From Burkholderiales bacterium (GTDB lineage: Bacteria > Pseudomonadota > Gammaproteobacteria > Burkholderiales > Burkholderiaceae_C): a DNA stretch of 56,570 nucleotides. Positions 50,387 through 56,570 of the stretch are shown piece by piece; position 1 is the stretch's first letter, and the number at the start of each line of letters is the position of its first letter. The DNA lies in the NCBI GenBank assembly GCA_022758925.1, contig JAEMQF010000093.1, forward strand, positions 1 to 56,570. Direction: 5' to 3'. The notes below the pieces were generated by a model that made no database searches, was not told the origin of the DNA, and saw only the letters and a list, made by a program, of their open reading frames with translations. Made by a program: the position numbers and the translations under genes.

Positions 50387-50923
50387 CTACTTCAGCGCCG
50401 CGGCATGCGCAGTGATGCCCTGGCTCACCTGCGCCATCGCCGACTGCGGCCCTTCCCAGCCTTTCACCGACACCCACTTGCCCTGCTCCAGGTCCTTGTA
50501 GTGCTCGAAGAAATGCTGAATCGTCTTCAGCCGCAACGGGTTCAGGTCTTCGGGCTTGTGCCAATGCGAATAGATCGACAGGATCTTGTCGATCGGCACC
50601 GCGAGCAGCTTGGCGTCGCCTCCGGCTTCGTCATCCATCATCAGCACGCCCAGCGGCCGGCACGTCACCACGACCCCAGGTGCGAGCGGAAACGGCGTGA
50701 TCACGAGCACATCCACCGGGTCGCCGTCGTCGGCCAGCGTCTGCGGAATGTAGCCGTAGTTGCACGGGTAGTGCATCGCCGTGCTCATGAAGCGGTCGAC
50801 GAACATCGCGCCGCTCTCTTTGTCGACCTCGTACTTGATCGGGTTCGCGTTCATCGGGATCTCGATGATCACGTTGAACTGCTGTGGTGCGTTGGCGCCC
50901 GGGGTCACGTTGTGAAGGCTCAT
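50387..50923 (-). CDS. ppa: inorganic diphosphatase (soluble family I PPase)
   Basis: The in-frame ATG gives MSLHNVTPGANAPQQFNVIIEIP (178 aa), with the motifs DGDPVDVLV and DDEAGGDAKLLAV. Its stop abuts the M16 start. Confidence 0.94.
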   Translation of the reverse strand: MSLHNVTPGANAPQQFNVIIEIPMNANPIKYEVDKESGAMFVDRFMSTAMHYPCNYGYIPQTLADDGDPVDVLVITPFPLAPGVVVTCRPLGVLMMDDEAGGDAKLLAVPIDKILSIYSHWHKPEDLNPLRLKTIQHFFEHYKDLEQGKWVSVKGWEGPQSAMAQVSQGITAHAAALK

Positions 50924-51040
50924 GTGTTTGTTCTTGATGTTGCGCGAGTTGGGGGTAACCCCTATCTTAGCCACCGTTCTCACGGCCTGACTTGCAGTCG
51001 CCTCCGAACCCGGCGCATCCCGAAAATGCAGCGGCCTCGG

Positions 51041-51069
51041 ATTGCCTTGTCAGCGCCCATCGCTTAGCA
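51041..51069 (+). promoter_or_regulatory. candidate sigma-70 promoter for hppA
   Basis: TTGCCT-17 nt-TAGCAT lies about 95 nt upstream of the hppA ATG. Confidence 0.3.
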
Positions 51070-51161
51070 TCCAGGCCTGCAAGTTTTCGCCGATTCGCGG
51101 CCGCCAGAACGGGCCCCGCGAACTCTCAGAGCGACATCAAACCATCCAGGAGACAACGCCG

Positions 51162-53315
51162 ATGTCAACCACCATGGCGCCATATTTCGCGCTCGCCTGC
51201 GGCTTGGCCGCAGTGATCTACGGCTTCGTGCAACGAAGCTGGATTCTGTCGCAAGACGCCGGCAATGCGCGCATGCAGGAAATCGCCGCGGCGATTCAGC
51301 AAGGCGCCGCCGCCTACCTGGCGCGCCAATACCGCACCATCGCCATCGTCGGCGTCGTGCTCACGGTCCTCATCGGCTACTTCATCGACGGCACCAGCGC
51401 GGTGGGCTTCGTGCTCGGCGCGTTGCTGTCGGGCGCCTGCGGCTTCATCGGCATGAACGTCTCGGTGCGAGCCAACGTGCGCACCGCGCAGGCGGCGACG
51501 CGGGGTATCGGCCCGGCCTTGGACGTGGCGTTCAAGGGCGGCGCGATCACCGGCATGCTCGTCGTCGGCCTGGGGCTGCTCGGCGTCACCATCTTCTTCT
51601 GGTTTGTCACCGGCCTGGGCCAGATGACGCCCGGCAAGAACCTGGCCAGCCTGCTCAAACCCTTGCTCGGTCTGGCCTTCGGTGCGTCGCTGATTTCGAT
51701 CTTTGCGCGCTTGGGCGGCGGCATCTTCACCAAGGGCGCCGACGTCGGTGCCGATCTGGTGGGCAAGGTCGAAGCCGGCATTCCGGAAGACGACCCGCGC
51801 AACCCGGCCGTGATCGCCGACAACGTGGGCGACAACGTCGGCGACTGCGCCGGCATGGCCGCCGACCTGTTCGAAACCTATGCCGTCACGCTCATCGCCA
51901 CGATGACACTCGGTGCACTGATGGTTTCGGCCGCGCCGCTGGCCGCGGTGATCTATCCGCTCGCGCTCGGTGGCGTTTCGATCCTCGCGTCGATCATCGG
52001 CTGCTCATTCGTGAAAGCGTCGCCCGGCATGAAGAACGTGATGCCGGCCTTGTACAAGGGCCTCGCGGTTGCCGGCGTGCTGTCGTTCATCGCGTTCATC
52101 GGCGTCACGATGTTGGTGATGCCCGAGACCGCGCTCGGCGCCGGCACCCAGTGGAAGCTGATCGGCGCCTGCGGCGTCGGCCTGGTGCTGACGGCCGCCC
52201 TGGTCTGGATCACGGAGTTCTACACCGGCACGCAGTACTCGCCGGTGCAGCACATCGCGCAAGCGTCGACCACCGGCCATGGCACGAACATCATCGCCGG
52301 TCTGGGGGTATCGATGCGCTCCACGGCCTGGCCGGTGATTTGCGTCTGCATCGCGATCCTCACCTCGTACCAGCTCGCCGGCCTGTACGGCATCGCCGTG
52401 GCTGCAACCTCCATGTTGAGCATGGCCGGCATCGTCGTCGCGCTCGACGCCTACGGCCCGATCACCGACAACGCCGGCGGCATCGCCGAAATGGCCGATC
52501 TGCCCAAGAGCGTGCGCGACATCACCGACCCGCTCGACGCGGTGGGCAATACCACCAAGGCCGTGACCAAGGGCTACGCCATCGGTTCCGCCGGTCTGGC
52601 GGCACTCGTGCTGTTCGCCGACTACACGCATTCGCTCAGCGCGCGCGGCATGGAAGTGAGTTTTGACCTGAGCAATCCGAACGTGATCGTCGGCTTGTTC
52701 ATCGGTGGCCTGATTCCCTACCTGTTTGGCGCCATGGCCATGGAAGCCGTGGGCCGCGCCGCGGGCAGCGTCGTCGTCGAAGTACGGCGCCAGTTCCGCG
52801 AGATCAAGGGCATCATGGAAGGCACGGCCAAGCCCGAGTACGGCAAGGCGGTGGACATGCTGACCTCGGCGGCGATCAAGGAAATGATCATTCCGAGCCT
52901 GTTGCCGGTGGTCGTGCCCATCGTCGTCGGCCTGCTGCTCGGCCCGGCGGCGCTGGGTGGCCTGTTGATGGGCACCATCGTCACCGGCCTGTTCGTCGCG
53001 ATTTCGATGTGCACCGGCGGCGGCGCCTGGGACAACGCGAAGAAATACATCGAAGACGGCCATCACGGCGGCAAGGGCAGCGAAACGCACAAGGCGGCTG
53101 TGACCGGCGACACCGTGGGCGACCCGTACAAAGACACGGCCGGCCCGGCAGTGAACCCGCTCATCAAGATCATCAACATCGTCGCGCTGCTGATCGTGCC
53201 ATTGCTTCCGTCCGGGTTGCCGAGCAAGGCAGCGGAGATTCGCGCGCCGCACGCAGTGACTGCAGCCGCGCCGGCCGCGACCCCCGCGACGCCCGCCCCC
53301 GCCGCCTCGAAGTAG
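51162..53315 (+). CDS. hppA: membrane-bound proton-translocating pyrophosphatase (H+-PPase)
   Basis: The in-frame ATG after AGGAGA gives [15 protein letters not shown], a polytopic protein of 717 aa. The conserved motifs are [29 protein letters not shown] and [14 protein letters not shown]. Confidence 0.95.
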   Translation: MSTTMAPYFALACGLAAVIYGFVQRSWILSQDAGNARMQEIAAAIQQGAAAYLARQYRTIAIVGVVLTVLIGYFIDGTSAVGFVLGALLSGACGFIGMNVSVRANVRTAQAATRGIGPALDVAFKGGAITGMLVVGLGLLGVTIFFWFVTGLGQMTPGKNLASLLKPLLGLAFGASLISIFARLGGGIFTKGADVGADLVGKVEAGIPEDDPRNPAVIADNVGDNVGDCAGMAADLFETYAVTLIATMTLGALMVSAAPLAAVIYPLALGGVSILASIIGCSFVKASPGMKNVMPALYKGLAVAGVLSFIAFIGVTMLVMPETALGAGTQWKLIGACGVGLVLTAALVWITEFYTGTQYSPVQHIAQASTTGHGTNIIAGLGVSMRSTAWPVICVCIAILTSYQLAGLYGIAVAATSMLSMAGIVVALDAYGPITDNAGGIAEMADLPKSVRDITDPLDAVGNTTKAVTKGYAIGSAGLAALVLFADYTHSLSARGMEVSFDLSNPNVIVGLFIGGLIPYLFGAMAMEAVGRAAGSVVVEVRRQFREIKGIMEGTAKPEYGKAVDMLTSAAIKEMIIPSLLPVVVPIVVGLLLGPAALGGLLMGTIVTGLFVAISMCTGGGAWDNAKKYIEDGHHGGKGSETHKAAVTGDTVGDPYKDTAGPAVNPLIKIINIVALLIVPLLPSGLPSKAAEIRAPHAVTAAAPAATPATPAPAASK

Positions 53316-53463
53316 TAGGCGGCGGCGTGCCGCGCTCGGAGTCTTGGCTGCTGCCGAAGATCGGATCGAGCTGAAAAGTCTTGACAAGTGAATGCCGGCA
53401 GCAGCGCCGATGCCCGACGCGTCGACGTCAAGCTGGAATCGGCAACATTCAGCGCTCGAACCG

Positions 53464-53492
53464 GCCCGGCCTCGAAAGAGCCCGGGCTTTTT
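53464..53492 (+). terminator. intrinsic terminator downstream of hppA
   Basis: The hairpin gcccggcctc-gaaa-gagcccgggc is followed by TTTTT. Confidence 0.65.
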
Positions 53493-53514
53493 CGTGCGGT
53501 CCGACAATCCAGCC

Positions 53515-54174
53515 ATGCCGGAGCAAAAGCCCCCACCGCCGGGCGGCAAGGTCATCGCCCTGATCGGTGCTGAATGCACCGGCAAGACGACGCTCGCGCA
53601 AGAGCTGCGCGAGGCGCTGGCGAGCGACGGCCACTCGGTGACCCTGGTCACGGAATTCCTTCGCGAGTTCTGCGACGAGCGCGGCCGCACTCCGCGGCGC
53701 GACGAACAACTGGCCATTGCCGACGAGCAGATGCAGCGCATCGAGCGCGCCGCTGCGGCGCACGAGTTCGTGGTCGCCGACACCACGGCGTTGATGATCG
53801 CCGTCTACAGCGAATTCCTGTTCGACGACCGCGGGCTCCTCGCCGGCGCGCTGCGGGCACAGTCGGGCTACGCCTTGACGCTGCTCACGGCCGTCGATAT
53901 TGCCTGGCAGGCCGACGCCCACCAGCGCGACGGTGCGCATGTGCGCGAGCCCGTCGACCACCTGCTGCGCAACGCGCTGATCAGCGCTGCATTGCCGTTT
54001 TCCGTGATCTGCGGCAGTGGGCCGCAGCGTCGCGCGAGTGCGTTGGCAGCGATCCGCACCGCACTGCCGCCGCAATCCGACCCGGCAGGCGCTGGGTCAG
54101 CGCCTCGCTGGCACTGGGTTTGCGAGCGTTGCGGCGACCCGCAATGCGAGACCGCGCTGCCGCCCAAGACCTGA
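53515..54174 (+). CDS. stand-alone P-loop ATPase/kinase (AAA_28, NadR C-terminal ribosylnicotinamide-kinase-like)
   Basis: The in-frame ATG gives MPEQKPPPPGGKVIALIGAECTGKTTLAQEL, carrying a Walker A, and a protein of about 219 aa. The family call is by resemblance only. Confidence 0.65.
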   Translation: MPEQKPPPPGGKVIALIGAECTGKTTLAQELREALASDGHSVTLVTEFLREFCDERGRTPRRDEQLAIADEQMQRIERAAAAHEFVVADTTALMIAVYSEFLFDDRGLLAGALRAQSGYALTLLTAVDIAWQADAHQRDGAHVREPVDHLLRNALISAALPFSVICGSGPQRRASALAAIRTALPPQSDPAGAGSAPRWHWVCERCGDPQCETALPPKT

Positions 54175-54302
54175 ATTGCGGGCGCCCCGAACTGATGCGG
54201 ATTCGCTTTCAACCGTTGGAAAGCCCGTTGGCGGTCGGCAAATTGCCGAGGTTCGCAGCGGGCTGCGTGCAAGCGTGGAGCAGGGGCAGGTGGCTCGGGG
54301 CA

Positions 54303-54612
54303 CGTTCTCCGGCCCACGCTCGCGGGGCACCGTTTCCGGTTCGCAGGCGTTGCGCCATCAACACCGTCTGCTCGTACGGCGGTCGCGGCCACCGCGAATG
54401 GTGCCTGCGCCCGTGCCCCAAGCCACCTGCCCGGGCACCCGCTTGGCATGCTACGGCGTGGCATGCCACCCCGGATGCATCAGGGCGGCGGTGGTGCCCC
54501 CGGGCGCAGGCACCATTCGCGGTTGCCCCCCATGGCTGCAGGGCACGGCAGTGTTGACGCTGCTGTGGGTTGCAGTCTGCGACGGCCGCCCGCGAGCGTG
54601 GGCCGGAGAACG
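54303..54612. repeat. 310-nt nested imperfect palindrome with perfect 24-nt outer and 23-nt inner arm pairs
   Basis: The segment 54303-54326 (cgttctccggcccacgctcgcggg) is the exact reverse complement of 54589-54612. The segment 54391-54413 (accgcgaatggtgcctgcgcccg) is the exact reverse complement of 54501-54523. The arm cores between these pairs are diverged. The centre carries two GCATGC palindromes. Confidence 0.85.
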
Positions 54613-54725
54613 GGGGCACTGCCGCCGCCCTGGCGCCACGACATCGGCATGCTGACCGGGCGCGGAGAGACGACCGTGGGTCGTTGCCACCCACCAAATC
54701 TTATTCAATCGAACTCAAGTTCGGA

Positions 54726-55691
54726 TCAGTTGATCGCCACCGTCGGTGGCATCTGATCGCGCGGCGGCGTGAACAACTCGCCCACGTCGACCGCGTCGAA
54801 GCGATACTGCAACGCACAGAACTCGCACGCCACCTGCACCCGACCCTGCTCGGCCAGGATGGCGTCGACCTCGGCGCGGCCCAGGCCCTGCATCATGCGC
54901 CCCACGCGGTCGCGCGAGCAGCGGCACTCAAAGCGCGGCGCCGCGCCCACCGGGTCAAAGCGCCGCAAAGGTTCTTGCCAATACAGGCGACGCAACAGCG
55001 TGGTTGGGTCCAGGCCGAGCAGCTCTACCGGCGTCAGCGTCGCCGTCAGCAGCGCGATGCGACGGAACGCCTCGTCTCGGGCCGAATCGTCGATGCCGGC
55101 CTGCGCAGCCACATTCGCCGAGCCTTCGATCGGCAGGCGCTGGATCAGCAAGCCCGCAGCGACTTGGTCGTTTGCGGCAACAGCCAGGCGCGTCTCAAGC
55201 TGTTCGGACTGAAGCATGTAGTGCTCGAGCATCTGGCTCACGCTGCGCAGCGCCACGCCTTGCGCATCGCTCAGCGCAACAACGCCCTGGTACGTTTGAC
55301 GCCCTGCCTGCCGGGAGCCAGGGTCGAGCGTGATCGAGCAGCGGCCTGCGCCTGCGCGATTGAGCATCGAACCCAATTCCGCGCCGGGCTCGACCTCGCC
55401 GATCACTTTGGCCGTGGCACGAAACGCCAGGTCGGCGTGCGCTTCGGCCACCGCGAGTTTCACCGGCCCATCACCAAACACCTGCAGGATCAGCGCCCCG
55501 TCAAACTTGATGTTGGCCTGCATCAAGACGGCTGCAACCGTCATTTCTCCCATCAGCTCACGCACGGGTGCCGGCCAAGCCCGACCGGCGCGGGCGCGGC
55601 GCTGCAACAGCTCACGCCAGCCGTCGGTCAACCGCACCAGGTGCCCGCGAACCGGCAAGCCGTCGAAGATGAACTTGTGGATTTCGCTCAT
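54726..55691 (-). CDS. hslO: Hsp33-family redox-regulated chaperone
   Basis: The start is MSEIHKFIFDGLPVRG, with GAGGGA upstream. The C-terminal zinc switch is CRCSRD...CEFC. Confidence 0.92.
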   Translation of the reverse strand: MSEIHKFIFDGLPVRGHLVRLTDGWRELLQRRARAGRAWPAPVRELMGEMTVAAVLMQANIKFDGALILQVFGDGPVKLAVAEAHADLAFRATAKVIGEVEPGAELGSMLNRAGAGRCSITLDPGSRQAGRQTYQGVVALSDAQGVALRSVSQMLEHYMLQSEQLETRLAVAANDQVAAGLLIQRLPIEGSANVAAQAGIDDSARDEAFRRIALLTATLTPVELLGLDPTTLLRRLYWQEPLRRFDPVGAAPRFECRCSRDRVGRMMQGLGRAEVDAILAEQGRVQVACEFCALQYRFDAVDVGELFTPPRDQMPPTVAIN

Positions 55692-55705
55692 GCCGCGCCA
55701 ATCCC

Positions 55706-56230
55706 TCAATCGATCCGGCGCAGGCCAGACGCAAAGCGCCGCGCGTTCGCCACGTAGTGATCGGCAATGCGCTTCAGTTCGTCGATCTGTTCGGGTGACA
55801 ACATGCGCACCACCTTCGCCGGGCTGCCCAGGATCATCGAGCCATCCGGGAACTCCTTGCCCTCGGTGACCAGGGCGCCGGCACCGACCAGGCAGTTCTT
55901 GCCGATTCGTGCACGGTTCAGGACCACGGCCTGAATCCCGATCAGCGAACCTTCGCCGACGCTGCAGCCGTGCAGCATCACCTGGTGGCCGATGCTCACG
56001 CCGTCGGCCAACGTCAATGGCGCACCGGGGTCGGAATGGAGGATGGAGCCGTCTTGCACGTTGCAGCGCGCTCCGATTCGCATCAGGTCGTTGTCGCCGC
56101 GTAGGATGCAGCCGAACCAGACGCTCGCGTCTTCACCCAACTCCACGTTGCCGATGACCTGGGCACTGTCGGCCACCCAGGCCGAGGCCGCGATGCGCGG
56201 CGCAGTTTGTTCGAGACGGTAGACAGCCAT
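55706..56230 (-). CDS. gamma-carbonic anhydrase-family protein (left-handed beta-helix, YrdA/PaaY-like)
   Basis: 174-aa ORF with hexapeptide repeats and the conserved N-terminus A.VAASA.V.G.V.LGE.ASVWF..ILRGD. Confidence 0.9.
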   Translation of the reverse strand: MAVYRLEQTAPRIAASAWVADSAQVIGNVELGEDASVWFGCILRGDNDLMRIGARCNVQDGSILHSDPGAPLTLADGVSIGHQVMLHGCSVGEGSLIGIQAVVLNRARIGKNCLVGAGALVTEGKEFPDGSMILGSPAKVVRMLSPEQIDELKRIADHYVANARRFASGLRRID

Positions 56231-56418
56231 GGCACCAGGGTTCAGATCGGTGGCAGGATTCTAGGAGCGTGGCGTGCAAGGCGTTGGCGTGCGTGCCACA
56301 CTTGACACCGACTTCGCTGACAGCGGTTGTGCTTCGGCCGGCGTTGCGCGAAGATTCGCCCGGCCGCAACCGACTCTGCCTGCCATCGAATCGAAGACGA
56401 CACGAGGAAGGACACCCC

Positions 56419-56570
56419 ATGCGCGCTGCGATCTACCGTGACAAAGGCCAGGCCAGCGACGTCTTGAAGATCGAGACCTTGGCGCGCGCCGAACCCGAAC
56501 TCGGCGAGGTCCGAGTCAAGCTTGAGTACTCGGGCGTGAACCCGTCAGACGTGAAGTCGCGCGCCGGCAC
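56419..56570 (+). CDS. NADPH:quinone reductase / zinc-type alcohol dehydrogenase-like protein, N-terminal part (3' end outside window)
   Basis: The ATG is preceded by GAGGAAGGA. The open frame runs to the window end and reads MRAAIYRDKGQASDVLKIETLARAEPELGEVRVKLEYSGVNPSDVKSRAG (MDR superfamily N-terminus). Confidence 0.7.
   Translation, partial: MRAAIYRDKGQASDVLKIETLARAEPELGEVRVKLEYSGVNPSDVKSRAG

Noticed and set aside
54303-54612. Possibility that the repeats are a CRISPR array, a retron msr/msd, or an integron attC site
   Set aside because: The repeats are inverted rather than direct, and each is present only twice. No cas, reverse-transcriptase or integrase gene lies nearby. The arm ends do not match the attC core GTTRRRY.
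54017-54697. ORFs of 212 aa (+) and 162 aa (-) inside the 551-bp gap
   Set aside because: They are mirror images created by the palindrome: both contain PRAWAGER. They are Arg/Ala/Gly/Pro-rich and have no start context or motifs.

Overview
This 56.6-kb, high-GC segment has gene content and order typical of the core chromosome of a betaproteobacterium. The Burkholderiales/Comamonadaceae-like assignment is an inference from synteny only. I can support about 50 protein genes, 4 tRNAs, several intrinsic terminators and a few promoter or leader candidates.

Gene content, in window order:
- End of a PP2C phosphatase gene.
- sucA-sucB-lpdA-zapE plus a small secreted protein.
- An orphan solute-binding protein and two amidohydrolases.
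- etfBA, acyl-CoA dehydrogenase and nitronate monooxygenase.
- An MFS transporter, then tRNA-Leu/Cys/Gly.
- tRNA-Leu followed by tig-clpP-clpX-lon.
- An MFP-RND efflux pair divergent from the squalene genes hpnCDE.
- IclR regulator and a D-Ala-D-Ala peptidase.
- ilvI-ilvH-ilvC-pssA-leuA.
- An ECF sigma / DUF3619 / DUF3106 / RDD operon.
- dgkA, a LOG protein, nadE-glnB and a DUF482/FemAB-like protein.
- ppa followed by an M16 peptidase, divergent from the membrane H+-pyrophosphatase hppA.
- A NadR-like P-loop protein, hslO, a gamma-carbonic anhydrase, and the start of a quinone oxidoreductase.

I see no rRNA, CRISPR array, transposase, integrase, phage gene or recognisable defence gene, so most of this is ordinary housekeeping DNA. 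I cannot honestly claim a clear novel multi-gene system.

The items most worth a second look are:
1. A 310-nt nested palindrome with perfectly conserved 24- and 23-nt arm pairs, in an oversized 551-bp convergent gap (54.2-54.7 kb).
2. The functionally uncharacterised ECF-sigma/DUF3619/DUF3106/RDD envelope module.
3. A structured sucA leader that may be the orphan 'sucA RNA motif'.
4. A strong terminator hairpin placed directly in front of the leuA ribosome-binding site.
5. An unusually long ilvI-ilvH spacer carrying twin hairpins.

CDS coordinates come from the supplied ORF track plus in-frame start refinement. RNA, hairpin and repeat coordinates were counted by eye and may be off by 1-2 nt.
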